DNA of 64,000 bases from Isosphaerales bacterium (GCA_044450785.1 JBIOJM010000008.1:979-64978); one strand, 5' to 3'; shown: positions 35,937 to 47,196, counted from the first letter of the stretch. A program made the numbers and translations. Notes: generated by a model not told the origin, from the letters alone.

Positions 35937-36375
35937 GATTCCATACCGCCTCCGATTCCGCCAACCCGCGCACGTCGATCTTGCCGGTGACGGCGGCGGA
36001 GTTGCCACGCTGGGCTTCGGCGGTGAGTTCGTCCAGTCTGGCTACTTCATTTTCAACGAAGACCGCGATTTCTATCTGTTCGCAAAGGGGCGGAACAACG
36101 ACACGGATGCGCTGAACGAATTCAAGGTTTAGGTTCATCTGAGCGTCACTGACGACCTCGGGCTGCAGATCGATGTTGGCGAACTTCTCGGTGACCAGAT
36201 AAAGCAGCTTGGCCCTGGCCAGCCGGTCGATCTGAATGTGGAAATCGAAGCTCTCGAAGATGTTTCTGACCGCGGGCGAAAACGCCTGAATGGAGGCGAA
36301 GAAGTTTTCCCTGATGTGGTCCTGGTCGCCCATCAGCGTCTTCATGTCCAGGGGCGACGTGTTGAAGAAGTGCTA
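35937..36375 (-). pseudogene. fused remnant of a type I restriction-modification locus (hsdM internal fragment joined to hsdS C-terminus)
   Basis: FFNTSPLDMKTLMGDQDHIRENFFASIQAFSPAVRNIFESFDFHIQIDRLARAKLLYLVTEKFANIDLQPEVVSDAQM is an HsdM N-domain. It joins directly to IRVVVPPLCEQIEIAVFVENEVARLDELTAEAQRGNSAAVTGKIDVR, the conserved HsdS C-terminus. Confidence 0.6.
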
Positions 36376-36432
36376 CCAAGGCCGTGTCGATGGGGAGCGC
36401 CCTCAACATCCTCTCAAGCGCCTCCTGGGCCC

Positions 36433-36780
36433 TTACCCAGCCGCCTTTACTTGGATGTACAACTTCTCCGGTGGCTCGGTGAAGTACCTCAGCAACGCTG
36501 GACAAAGCCAGCCTTCCATCTCTTTTTCTTCCCACCGGTACACATTGCCGCCGCCTTGCTCTCGCACCCACTCCAGAATGATCTGCGCATCGGGAAAGTA
36601 GCCCGATGAGAAGACCGCCAGGAAGCCTTGCTTGGCCCCCGGGATTGAAGCGGTGGCACGGTCAATCATCGTATCCGCACCGCCAACGAAGGGTTCCTTG
36701 ACAAGCCCCACGCCTGGGTCGTCGAAAACCCACATGCCTTCCCATTTGTAGGGTTTTATAACAAAGATGGCGTTTTTCAT
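36433..36780 (-). CDS. conserved hypothetical protein
   Basis: 115 aa: MKNAIFVIKPYKWEGMWVFDDPGVGLVKEPFVGGADTMIDR...GWLCPALLRYF. I recognise this as a widespread uncharacterised family but cannot name it reliably. Confidence 0.65.
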   Translation of the reverse strand: MKNAIFVIKPYKWEGMWVFDDPGVGLVKEPFVGGADTMIDRATASIPGAKQGFLAVFSSGYFPDAQIILEWVREQGGGNVYRWEEKEMEGWLCPALLRYFTEPPEKLYIQVKAAG

Positions 36781-36860
36781 TGCTCCTCCTGGAAGAACGA
36801 ATGCAGAGCCGCCAGCGTCTTCAGTCGCATCAGACGAGTGCGTCGCTGGCGCGGCGCACT

Positions 36861-37547
36861 TTACTCAGGTACGCGCTGGCGCCGCAGATCGTTCACGTAC
36901 TGGTGAGCCAGGCGAGTGGTGACCGGCAGGCGATACGTGGGCGCCGTGGCCAGAACGACGGCGATCGCGCTGGCCAGGTCGCACAGATGCCCGGGGGAGA
37001 CAAACAGCGGCTTGACTCCCGTCCGGGTCCGCAGGACCGCGCCGATCGTCTCGCCGCCGTCGGTCAGGGGCGTCCACTCGCCGCGCGTGAGACCGGGCTC
37101 CTGGTAGTCCCCGCAAAGCCACGACTTGGCACACCCGATCGTGGGTATCTCGAGATATAACCCGAGATGAGACGCGAGCCCCATTCGACGCGGGTGCGCG
37201 ATGCCTTGTCCGTCGCACATCAAGATGTCAGGCCGAACCTTGAGTTGCTCGAACGCCTCGATCACCGCGGGTGCCTCCCGAAAGCTCAGTAGACCCGGGA
37301 CGTAGGGAAACTTGGCCTCGGCCACGACGCCCGAGCGATCGATCACCTCAAAGGTCTCCGCCCGGAGCACAACCACCGCGGCGTGCAGCCACTTGCCGCG
37401 CAGATCGTAGGACACGTCGGCACCGGCCAACGTCGTATACCGCGGCAAGGGCCGTCTCGCGTCCACCGCCGCGGCTAGCCGGAGTTGCAGGTCGCGCGCT
37501 TCAGCGGTCGTCAAGTCCCAGGAGTGCAGCGTCGATCTTCGAGCCAA
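36861..37547 (-). CDS. nfi: endonuclease V
   Basis: AGADVSY...PYVPGLLSFREAPAVIEAF...ILMCDGQGIAHPRRMGLASHLGL...PTIGCAKS. A TTG at 37547 preceded by GGAGGAGG gives 228 aa. The track start 37610 would overlap the upstream gene. Confidence 0.85.
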   Translation of the reverse strand: MARRSTLHSWDLTTAEARDLQLRLAAAVDARRPLPRYTTLAGADVSYDLRGKWLHAAVVVLRAETFEVIDRSGVVAEAKFPYVPGLLSFREAPAVIEAFEQLKVRPDILMCDGQGIAHPRRMGLASHLGLYLEIPTIGCAKSWLCGDYQEPGLTRGEWTPLTDGGETIGAVLRTRTGVKPLFVSPGHLCDLASAIAVVLATAPTYRLPVTTRLAHQYVNDLRRQRVPE

Positions 37548-37566
37548 GCCAGACCTCCTCCGCGAC

Positions 37567-39861
37567 TCACGCTCCGTTCCTTTGTTCCGGGAGCTTCGAA
37601 TGTGAGACAACTCTGGGCTGCAACAGCGCCGAGAGCAAATAATAGCCGATCGCGATCCAGAGCAGACGGTTGAAACCGAGGATCAAGGAGAAGTACTCGC
37701 TCAGACCGCCCAGGATGATGCCCGCAATGTTCGACCCGAAATCGACGTCGGGCTGTGTGCTCGAACGAAACGCGGTGGCGAAGATCACGCCGGCGAAAAA
37801 CACCGGCAGGTAGACCACGGCGCACGAGGCGATCACCCTGCTCGAGCCCGGCAGCGAGAGGAAGTCGTCCATGGGTATCCCGCTGTTGACCAGAAGCGCG
37901 GCAACCAGGAGCACATAATACGGCCAGAGCCGTCGCGGCCGCGCCGCCAGCACGTACAGGTTGCTCGCCAGGATCATGGTCAGGATCGCGAAGAAGACGA
38001 TCGAGTTGACCATCCACGTCGCTCCGAAGAGCAAGGCCATGTGCACCACGCCCTTGGTTTCCAGGAGCATGAATCCTGCCCCCAGGAAGAACATCCGGCC
38101 GTTGGGCCGAGTCCGCCGCACGGGCGCAAAAGCCAGCAGGATCACCAGCGAGAGCACCGCCACGATCGCCATCCCACGCAGGTTGAGCGCGGGGATCGCC
38201 GGCTCGCGAAGGTAGAGAAACGGCCAGTCGTCGGTCGGGATGCGGTCGAAGCCCGGCATCTCGACCTCGGCCGGGCCCACCTTGAAGTACTCCGGCGCAA
38301 CGACACCCACGATGACCGGAGGCGCCGGGCTGAATCCGTTCACCATCACATTGAACTGGGGCTCGGGATTGAGCCAGAAGAACCGCTCGGCCGCGAACTT
38401 CGACCGGATTGATTCAACCACCTTCGATGCACCGTCGCCGACCAGGAGGAACGTGATATAGCCGCGCTGGTTGTTGCTCTGCGCAATGATGCCTTGATAT
38501 GGCAGCGAAACGATCATCGGCCGTGAGCCGAAGACCTTCTCGGCCAGTTTGACCAGTCGGCCCACGACCCAGCCTTGGCGATAGTAGTTGTACATCGCGA
38601 ACACGCCGCCGGGCTTGAGCTTGGCCTTGACGTCACGAAGGGCCTGCTCGGTGAACAGGAAGCTTTCCAGGCGGACGCTGGTGTAGCTCGAATGCAAGGC
38701 CAGCGAATCGACCAGCGCATAGCTGATCAGATCGTAGCGTGAGGGCGTCTTGCGAAGGAAGCTGCGGCCGTCATCGAGGTGGATCGACACCCTCGAGTCG
38801 CTGTACGGCCGGTTGGGATGATGGTTTCGCCCCAGCTCGTTGATCACCGGGTCGATCTCGACGGCGTCAACGTGACGGGCACCGAAGGACAGCGCCGCGG
38901 CGACGTCATTGCCCGAGCCGGCCCCAATGATCAGCACATCGTCGAACGGCTTGCGACCCGAGTCGCGGTTGAGCAGGTGCGGCAGGAGATAGCCCGGGCC
39001 ATGAAGTTCGACCCGCAGCATTACTTGGTGCTGGATGTTGTTGACGTCGATCGACATGGAGCGCGGCTTGAACCGGACCTGGTAATAGGGAGACCAGATG
39101 ACCTCCATCGGCCAGCCCAGTGAGTCTCGGGGCCAGTCCACCGCCGCGACCAGCCCGAGAACACCCAGCCCACCCAGAGCGTGGAGCCAACGCCAGTGCG
39201 CGACGTAACAAACCCCGATCGTCAATCCGATGAGAAACCAGAACGGCGCGGGAACGCGGAAGTAGGACATCACGCCAAAGACCGCGATGCCCGTCAGGCT
39301 GCCGAGAATGTCGGCCGTGTAGGCCAGCATCCGGTTGTCGATGGCGGCAAACCGGCGCCCCATCTCCTGGCCCGGTCCCACGAACATGAGCGCGATCACC
39401 ACAAAGAAATATGACGCCAGCAATTCGATCGGCACAACCCATTTCGACGGGTCCCTCACCCGTGTGTCGGTCCCGAAATAGATCAGTTGAGGCGACTGCT
39501 GCGATCCGACGCCGATCATGAGCTGGCTGAAGGCGTTGTACGCCCACAAGAACCCGCATGCCGAGGCCGTCGCCACGATCGCCAGGGGAACCAGCCCGTT
39601 GATCCACGACCACCGTCGCGCCGACGCGAGACAGCCCACCGAGACCCCCAGGAAGCAGGCCATCAATACGATGTTGGTAAAGAACGTCAGGAAGATCACC
39701 GTGCTGCCGAACCATCGAATGCACGCCAGCTCGAAGAAGAGAATGAAGAAGCTGATCACGAACAGCTCGACGCTCGCGCGCACCGCGCCGGCCCGAGGCG
39801 GTAGGACGATCTGGATTTCAGGAGTCGGCGATGACATGGGTGTCGACGAAAAGTGGGTCAA
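37567..39861 (-). CDS. polytopic membrane protein with embedded spermidine-synthase-like methyltransferase-fold domain
   Basis: 764 aa with many TM segments flanking DVLIIGAGSGNDVAAALSFGARHVDAVEIDPVINELGRNHHPNRPYSDSRVSIHLDDGRSFL. Confidence 0.8.
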   Translation of the reverse strand: MTHFSSTPMSSPTPEIQIVLPPRAGAVRASVELFVISFFILFFELACIRWFGSTVIFLTFFTNIVLMACFLGVSVGCLASARRWSWINGLVPLAIVATASACGFLWAYNAFSQLMIGVGSQQSPQLIYFGTDTRVRDPSKWVVPIELLASYFFVVIALMFVGPGQEMGRRFAAIDNRMLAYTADILGSLTGIAVFGVMSYFRVPAPFWFLIGLTIGVCYVAHWRWLHALGGLGVLGLVAAVDWPRDSLGWPMEVIWSPYYQVRFKPRSMSIDVNNIQHQVMLRVELHGPGYLLPHLLNRDSGRKPFDDVLIIGAGSGNDVAAALSFGARHVDAVEIDPVINELGRNHHPNRPYSDSRVSIHLDDGRSFLRKTPSRYDLISYALVDSLALHSSYTSVRLESFLFTEQALRDVKAKLKPGGVFAMYNYYRQGWVVGRLVKLAEKVFGSRPMIVSLPYQGIIAQSNNQRGYITFLLVGDGASKVVESIRSKFAAERFFWLNPEPQFNVMVNGFSPAPPVIVGVVAPEYFKVGPAEVEMPGFDRIPTDDWPFLYLREPAIPALNLRGMAIVAVLSLVILLAFAPVRRTRPNGRMFFLGAGFMLLETKGVVHMALLFGATWMVNSIVFFAILTMILASNLYVLAARPRRLWPYYVLLVAALLVNSGIPMDDFLSLPGSSRVIASCAVVYLPVFFAGVIFATAFRSSTQPDVDFGSNIAGIILGGLSEYFSLILGFNRLLWIAIGYYLLSALLQPRVVSHSKLPEQRNGA

Positions 39862-40932
39862 TCAGTAAACGAGCGTCATCGCCGAAATCAGCGCCGGCTC
39901 GATCTGGCGAATGACATTGGCGGCATGTTCGACCTGCTCGCGCGTCACGTCGAGGTGGGTACATGCACGCAGGACCTGGGTGCCGGGCACGCTGACCAGG
40001 ATGTCGCGAGAGCGAAGGTAGGCGGCCACCTCGGCAGCCGTCCCCACGGCGGGTCCGACGGAGACCCAGACTAGGTTGGTCTCGACCGGGCCGCAGTCGA
40101 GCGTGAAGCCGTCGGTGCCGGCGAACGCATCGGCCAGCACCTGGGCGTTGGCATGATCCTCGCTCATGCGATCGACGTGATGCTCGAGCGCGTGGAGGGC
40201 GCCGGCGGCGATGATTCCAACCTGCCGCATTGCACCGCCGAAGACCTGTCGTAGCCGCCGCGCACGGCGGATCGCGTCGCCCGAGCCAGCCAGTGCCGAG
40301 CCGATCGGGGCCCCCAGCCCCTTGGAAAAGCAGATCGAGACCGTGTCGAAGTGCTGCGCCCAATCTCGCGCCCGGCGGCCCGAGGCCACAACCGCGTTCA
40401 TCAACCGCGCTCCGTCAAGGTGCATGGCCAGGTTGTGCTCCCGAGCCCAGCGCGCGATCTCCGCAATGCTGCCGATTGAATGGATTCGGCCTCCACCGCG
40501 ATTGTGGGTGTTCTCCAGACAGATCAGCCGGGTTCGGACATAGTGGACGTCATGGACGGGCCGGATCGCGTCGCGCAGGTCGTCGAGCGACAACAGACCA
40601 TGATCCCCGTCGAACGTCCGCGCGGTCACGCCCGAGAGTCTTGCAATCCCTCCAGCCTCCCAGACGTAGACGTGCGACGTCCTGGCGCACAACAGCTCGT
40701 CGCCCGGTTGCGTATTCACGCCGACGGCGATCTGGTTGGCCATCGTGCCCGACGGAACGAACAGGGCCTCCTCCTTGCCGAGCAGCTCGGCCGTCCGGGC
40801 CTCGAGGACCTTGACCGTCGGGTCGTCACCGAAGACGTCGTCGCCGACCTCCGCATCGGCCATCGCCCGCCGCATCGCCGGGGTTGGCTTGGTCACCGTG
40901 TCAGACCGCAAGTCGATCAAGGGTCGGTGCAT
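39862..40932 (-). CDS. ltaE: low-specificity L-threonine aldolase
   Basis: [39 protein letters not shown]...[13 protein letters not shown]...[13 protein letters not shown]. Confidence 0.85.
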   Translation of the reverse strand: MHRPLIDLRSDTVTKPTPAMRRAMADAEVGDDVFGDDPTVKVLEARTAELLGKEEALFVPSGTMANQIAVGVNTQPGDELLCARTSHVYVWEAGGIARLSGVTARTFDGDHGLLSLDDLRDAIRPVHDVHYVRTRLICLENTHNRGGGRIHSIGSIAEIARWAREHNLAMHLDGARLMNAVVASGRRARDWAQHFDTVSICFSKGLGAPIGSALAGSGDAIRRARRLRQVFGGAMRQVGIIAAGALHALEHHVDRMSEDHANAQVLADAFAGTDGFTLDCGPVETNLVWVSVGPAVGTAAEVAAYLRSRDILVSVPGTQVLRACTHLDVTREQVEHAANVIRQIEPALISAMTLVY

Positions 40933-41070
40933 GTCGTCTTCTCCCAGCCACGATTAGAAGTCGCCTCCCGGTTGATTCTAGCCGCGCTTGCGAGCGTGAG
41001 GAACCAGGCAACCTGTCCAGGATCTCCGACTCCCGGCGACAAAGCGAGGTTTGCACGGTAAAACATTACT

Positions 41071-41487
41071 ATGGAATCGACTGTGAACCAGATCCAGAGC
41101 CCGGCTGCCCCGGCCGAACCGGAAGGGTTTCTTCCAGTGATCCGCGAATATATCGGCATCAAGCCCGGCTTCTGCGGGGGTAAGCCCCATATTCTCGGCC
41201 ACCGCATCAAGGTCGAGGACGTGGCCACATGGCACGAGCGGATTGGGATGAGCGCGGCTGAAATCGTCGATCATCACCCCACGATTTCGCTGGCTGAGGT
41301 CCACGCGGCCCTTGCTTATTACTATGGCCATCGCGAGCAGATCGAGGCCGACATTCGGGAAGGGGACGAGTTCGTGGAAAAGCTGAGGAAGGGACAACCG
41401 TCCATCTTCGAAAAGGCGCAGCAACGGAATGCCCAGAACGATTCGCTTCCACCTGAAGGACGCACTCGGTCTCGGTCAGATCATTGA
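41071..41487 (+). CDS. DUF433-domain protein (antitoxin-like HTH)
   Basis: IKPGFCGGKPHILGHRIKVEDVATWHERIGMSAAEIVDHHPTISLAEVHAALAYYYGHREQIEADI. Confidence 0.75.
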   Translation: MESTVNQIQSPAAPAEPEGFLPVIREYIGIKPGFCGGKPHILGHRIKVEDVATWHERIGMSAAEIVDHHPTISLAEVHAALAYYYGHREQIEADIREGDEFVEKLRKGQPSIFEKAQQRNAQNDSLPPEGRTRSRSDH

Positions 41488-41554
41488 CGGCCTGGTCCTC
41501 ATCCGGGAGATTTACGACCCCGAGGAACTGGTTGACCGCGTCGAATACCTCTGA
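41429..41554 (+). pseudogene. internally deleted DUF5615 (PIN/Mut7-C-like toxin partner of DUF433), 41 codons
   Basis: MPRTIRFHLKDALGLGQIIDGLVLIREIYDPEELVDRVEYL*. About 10 N-terminal residues (M.IRF..D) and about 30 C-terminal residues (..L.LI......E.v.Rvey L) of the family are present; the ~70-aa core is missing. Confidence 0.5.
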
Positions 41555-41776
41555 CTTCATCGTGTAGCCGTTCGATTCTTTGCCGGCGCAACGCGACTGT
41601 CAACCTCGTCGGCCGATCTGGCCCTCGGATCAAGGCCGCTCGATTCGAGAAGATCCGGCGATCGGATCGCCCCGGACGGCGGCCGTGACCTCGCATGGGA
41701 ACGACGTTCGCCCTCTGGTACAATTCGGCGTGGATTTCGATCCCGACGGCATCCGCGATCAAAACGGTGTGCCCCC

Positions 41777-43606
41777 ATGGGCTATCATTCGCTGTCGGAA
41801 TGCGTCCGCGACCTGGAGCGAACCGGGCAGCTCGTCGTCATCGACCAGGAGGTCGACCCCTACCTGGAAGTCGCCGCCGTTCAGCGGCGGGTTTATCAGG
41901 CGGGCGGGCCGGCCCTTCTGTTCCGCCGTGCCAAGGGAACTGCGTTCCCACTCCTGGGCAACCTGTTCGGCACGGTGGAGCGGGCGAAATTCCTGTTTCG
42001 CGATGCGCTCGACTCGGTGCGCCGATTGGTCGAGCTCAAGGTTGAGCCGGGCGCCTTCGGCAAGGACCCCTGGCGCTACCGCGGCATGCCCCGCGCGCTC
42101 TGGCGGTTGCTGCCGCGGCGAGTACGCTCCGGGCCGATCCTCGCTCATCAAATCGCGATCGACCAGCTTCCGCGCATTCAGTGCTGGCCGATGGACGGCG
42201 GCCCATTCATCACCTTGCCCGAGGTCTACACCGAGGATCCCGACCGGCCGGGCCTGGGCAGATCGAACCTGGGGATGTACCGCGTCCAGCTCGCCGGCAA
42301 CCAGTACGTGTTGAATCGCGAAGTCGGCCTCCATTATCAGATCCACCGGGGAATCGGGGTGCACCATGCGGCGGCGATCCGGCGCGGCGAGGCCCTGCGG
42401 GTCAACGTCTTCGTCGGCGGCCCTCCCGCCTTGACGGTCGCCGCGGTCATGCCCCTGCCCGAGGGGCTGCCCGAGCTGGCGTTCGCCGGCGCCCTGGGAG
42501 GCCGGCGCGTCCCCATGGTCGCGCCCGATGGTTGCCTCCCCATGCCGGCCCAGGCCGATTTTGTCATCCGCGGGTCGATCGATCCCCTGGTTCGCAAGCC
42601 CGAGGGGCCCTTCGGAGACCACCTCGGCTATTACAGCCTCAAGCACGACTTCCCGGTCCTGCGCGTCGAACGTGTCTACCACCGCGACGGGGCCATCTGG
42701 CCTTTCACCTCGGTCGGACGTCCACCCCAGGAGGATACGTCCTTCGGCGCCTTGATTCACGAGCTGACCGGGCCGATCATCCCGAGCGTGATCCCCGGCC
42801 TCCACGCTGTCCATGCCGTCGACGCCGCCGGAGTCCACCCCCTGCTCCTGGCCATCGCCAGCGAGCGTTACGTGCCCGATGCCAAGGTGCGACGGCCCCA
42901 GGAGGTCCTGACCATCGCCAACGCCATCCTCGGTCAAGGTCAGCTCTCACTGGCCAAATACCTGCTCATCGTCGCCCGGGAAGACGAACCGGCACTCGAC
43001 ATCCACGACGTCTCAGGCTTCCTCGGCCACCTGCTCCGGCGCGTCGACTGGAGGGCCGACCTGCACTTCCAGACCCAGACGACGATCGACACGCTCGACT
43101 ACTCGGGCCATGGATTGAACCAGGGGTCGAAGGTCGTCATCGCGGCCGCGGGTGAACCGCGTCGTGCCCTGCCCCTGGAGCGACCCGCCGGCATGCGCCT
43201 GCCCGATGGCTTCCACGACCCCAGGGTGGCTCTCCCCGGCATCCTGGCTGTCCAGGGGCCGCCCTATCGTGACGGCTCCGGAGACGCCGTGTGCTTCTGC
43301 CGCCAGTTCGGCGACGACGACCCGATCCGCGGCTTCCCCCTGATCGTGATCGTCGACGACAGCGAATTCACTGCTCGGACCGAACGAAACTTCCTCTGGG
43401 TTACCTTCACCCGCTCCGATCCCGCGGCCGACATCGAGGGGATCGGGGCATTCATCGACAAGAAACACTGGGGCTGCAGCGGCCCTCTAGTCATCGACGC
43501 ACGGATCAAGCCCCACCACGCTCCCCCCCTGGTCGACGATCCCGAGATCGAGCGTCGTGTGGACGACCTGGCCGCGCCCGGCGGCCCGCTGCACGGGGTT
43601 TACTGA
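41777..43606 (+). CDS. UbiD-family (prenylated-FMN dependent) decarboxylase, probable menaquinone MqnL-type
   Basis: LSECVRDLERTGQLVVIDQEVDPYLEVAAVQRRVYQAGGPALLF...NLGMYRVQL...GPFGDHLGYYS. Confidence 0.85.
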   Translation: MGYHSLSECVRDLERTGQLVVIDQEVDPYLEVAAVQRRVYQAGGPALLFRRAKGTAFPLLGNLFGTVERAKFLFRDALDSVRRLVELKVEPGAFGKDPWRYRGMPRALWRLLPRRVRSGPILAHQIAIDQLPRIQCWPMDGGPFITLPEVYTEDPDRPGLGRSNLGMYRVQLAGNQYVLNREVGLHYQIHRGIGVHHAAAIRRGEALRVNVFVGGPPALTVAAVMPLPEGLPELAFAGALGGRRVPMVAPDGCLPMPAQADFVIRGSIDPLVRKPEGPFGDHLGYYSLKHDFPVLRVERVYHRDGAIWPFTSVGRPPQEDTSFGALIHELTGPIIPSVIPGLHAVHAVDAAGVHPLLLAIASERYVPDAKVRRPQEVLTIANAILGQGQLSLAKYLLIVAREDEPALDIHDVSGFLGHLLRRVDWRADLHFQTQTTIDTLDYSGHGLNQGSKVVIAAAGEPRRALPLERPAGMRLPDGFHDPRVALPGILAVQGPPYRDGSGDAVCFCRQFGDDDPIRGFPLIVIVDDSEFTARTERNFLWVTFTRSDPAADIEGIGAFIDKKHWGCSGPLVIDARIKPHHAPPLVDDPEIERRVDDLAAPGGPLHGVY

Positions 43607-43746
43607 TATCGGAGCGGCCGCATCGGAGCAAGCCGCATCGACGATTGCGCTCGCTCGCCTGCTCAGATCGGTTCCCTTTCAGGCCATCTGCTGAGTACAA
43701 TTAGCCCTCCGTCGTCTCACACTATATCCAGAAAGGAGTCGACCCG

Positions 43747-45006
<1,260 letters not shown>

Positions 45007-45081
45007 AGCCGGATCGATCGCGGCTCGAGCCGCCGTCCATCCCTTCAATCATCTTTCAAAGCAATCACCGAGGAGCCGCTC

Positions 45082-46437
45082 ATGCCCAGCGCCCATCACC
45101 CCCTCTGTACGCGACGGCAGTTGATCCGTAGAGCGGGAGGTCTTCTGCTCGCCGCCTACTCTGCGGAACGCGCGTGGGCGCGATCGGATCAGGAGCACAA
45201 GCCAGTCCCGGTCACCAATCCTCGGGCGATTGCGGGCGACCACGTCGAACCGGCCTGGGATGAGATGTTGACCATCACTGTCGGCACAAGGAATGCCGAC
45301 CTGGTGGGAACGACCGACCGGGCGATCCAGGCCGCGGTCGACTTTGTCGCCCTGCGCGGGGGCGGGACGGTCCGCATCTTGCCGGGAACGTATCGGCTTC
45401 GCAACGCCGTCTCTCTGTCGTCGCGGCTCCGCATCGTGGGCAGCGGCCCCGACACCTTCCTGATCAAGGATTCTTCAACCACCACCAAGCTGGCGGCAAA
45501 CTCCGACTGGTACGACCAGGAGATCACGCTCGCCGACGCACGAGGGTTCCGGCTCGGTGACGGCGTCTGCTTGCGAGCGAAGAACCCCTCGAACGGGGGT
45601 CAAGTCGTGATCAAACGAACGCTTGTGGCCCGGTCGGGAAATCGGTTCAAGCTCGATCGGGCGCTCCGCGAGAACTTGTGGCTCCAGGGACAGCCGACCG
45701 CCGCGACCCTCTTCCCCTTGATCTCGGGCGAGAACATCGCCGGCGTGGTCATCGAGGACCTCGCACTCGACGGTAACCGGGACAACAACGAAAACCTCGA
45801 CGGCAACTACGCCGGCTGCATCTTCCTTCAGGATTGCAAGGACGTGACGGTTCGCAAGGTGATCGCGCGGCACAACAACGGCGACGGTATCAGTTGGCAG
45901 GTCTGCCACGACGTGCGGGTCGAGAATTGTCACAGCCACGACCATGCCGGGTTGGGACTGCACCCCGGCTCCGGCTCGCAGCGGCCGATCATTCGCGAGA
46001 ACCGCGTCGAGCGCAACCAGATCGGGATCTTCTTCTGCTGGGGGGTGCGATTCGGACTGGCTGAAAACAATACCATCTCTGAAGCGCGCACCGCGGGGAT
46101 CTCGATCGGGCACCGCGACACCGACAACCTGATCCGCGGCAATTCGATCAGCAAAAGCGGACAGGTCGGCATCCTGTTCCGCGAGGAGACTTCTGACTTC
46201 GGCCCGCACCGCAATCGCTGCGAGCGCAACCAGATTCTCGACAGCGGGCCCCAGGATGGCGTCGGTATCGACGTGAGAGGTCACACCGAGGCCGTTACCT
46301 TGTCGCAAAACGGGGTGCGCGAATCCCGCAAACCCATGTCGCGAATCGGAATTCGGATCGGCCCCAAGGCCCGCGACATCACCCTCGCCAACAACCAGAT
46401 TGAAGGCTATGCGGTGAACGTCTCGGATTTAAGATAA
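45082..46437 (+). CDS. Tat-signal right-handed parallel beta-helix repeat protein
   Basis: CTRRQLIRRAGGLLLAAYSAERAWA is a twin-arginine signal. Repeated ...N.I..N... beta-helix rungs include NNGDGISWQ, RENRVERNQIGIFF, IRGNSISKSGQVGILF and ERNQILDSG. Confidence 0.75.
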   Translation: MPSAHHPLCTRRQLIRRAGGLLLAAYSAERAWARSDQEHKPVPVTNPRAIAGDHVEPAWDEMLTITVGTRNADLVGTTDRAIQAAVDFVALRGGGTVRILPGTYRLRNAVSLSSRLRIVGSGPDTFLIKDSSTTTKLAANSDWYDQEITLADARGFRLGDGVCLRAKNPSNGGQVVIKRTLVARSGNRFKLDRALRENLWLQGQPTAATLFPLISGENIAGVVIEDLALDGNRDNNENLDGNYAGCIFLQDCKDVTVRKVIARHNNGDGISWQVCHDVRVENCHSHDHAGLGLHPGSGSQRPIIRENRVERNQIGIFFCWGVRFGLAENNTISEARTAGISIGHRDTDNLIRGNSISKSGQVGILFREETSDFGPHRNRCERNQILDSGPQDGVGIDVRGHTEAVTLSQNGVRESRKPMSRIGIRIGPKARDITLANNQIEGYAVNVSDLR

Positions 46438-46750
46438 ACTCGTGACTCATGAGGTCGCCGGTGCGCCACGGGTCCTTCGATTCATCCTCCCAGATCCACA
46501 ATAACCGCGCCGCAGCGGCCGTCGATTCCCTCTCTCCGTCCAGTCGACCGAGGTACGTGGAAAATCCGGATAACAATGGGGCCGCCAGTTCCGACCAACG
46601 GTGAGGATCGTGCCCGGCGGGGCTCGCCACCGACCTCCAGAGGCTGTCCAGGCTCACCTGGTCTCCTCCGAAGATCTCGACCTGCTGCCTGAGCGCGAGT
46701 CGCGCCCAACCGATCTTTTCGATGCGCATCACTGTTTTCTCCTTGATCAT
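46379..46750 (-). CDS. hypothetical protein (possibly KilA-N/antirepressor-like)
   Basis: 123-aa ORF, ATGA-coupled to the cysA remnant. SLDSLWRSVASPAGHDPHRWSELAAPLLSGFSTYL loosely recalls KilA-N-type domains. It overlaps the convergent gene end by ~59 nt. Confidence 0.4.
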   Translation of the reverse strand: MIKEKTVMRIEKIGWARLALRQQVEIFGGDQVSLDSLWRSVASPAGHDPHRWSELAAPLLSGFSTYLGRLDGERESTAAAARLLWIWEDESKDPWRTGDLMSHEFILNPRRSPHSLQSGCWRG

Positions 46751-47196
46751 GCAGGCTGCGACTGATCGACAAAGACTTTGAGGTCCCGGGGCGCGAGAAA
46801 CATCGTGTCGCCGATGCGAGGCTCGAGCGCGGCATAACGCTGCCGGGTGAGCTCGACCCGCACCGAGTTGCTGTCGGTGAGCTCGACGTCGACCCGGACG
46901 AATGCTCCCAGGCGAGTCACGCGCATGACCCGGCCAGGCCAGGAGGGCCGGCCATTACACTCGTGAGTCAAGTCTAGGTCATGGGGCCGAACGTAGACGG
47001 AGACCGGGACCTCGCGGCCGTCGACCTCGGCCGGCAGTTGGATCCCGTCGCCCAGGACGGCCATGCCGGATGCAGTCTGTCCACGCAGCACATTGACCGA
47101 GCCGAGGAACTCGGTGACGAACGGAGTCCGCGGCCGCTCGTACAGATCCTGGGGCGGCCCCATCTGCTCGATGCGGCCTCGGTTGAGCACGACCAC
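46747..47196 (-). pseudogene. cysA: sulfate ABC transporter ATPase CysA, C-terminal ~150 codons only
   Basis: The frame reads (EAFEVADQ)VVVLNRGRIEQMGPPQDLYERPRTPFVTEFLGSVNVL..., corresponding to roughly residue 205 onward of CysA. The Walker A, signature and Walker B motifs are absent. Confidence 0.65.

Noticed and set aside
35594-35944. 116-aa ORF (MESERSGASHRCLAIDDRRVHRRLAPCRSQERPRTEWTV... repeated).
   Set aside because: Its internal peptide repeat is simply the translation of the 114-bp DNA tandem repeat. It has no start context and no independent support as a gene.
41759-42937. 392-aa minus ORF and 324-aa plus ORF (42181..43155) overlapping the UbiD-family gene.
   Set aside because: They are alternative-frame artefacts. 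Only frame 41777..43606 shows UbiD motifs.
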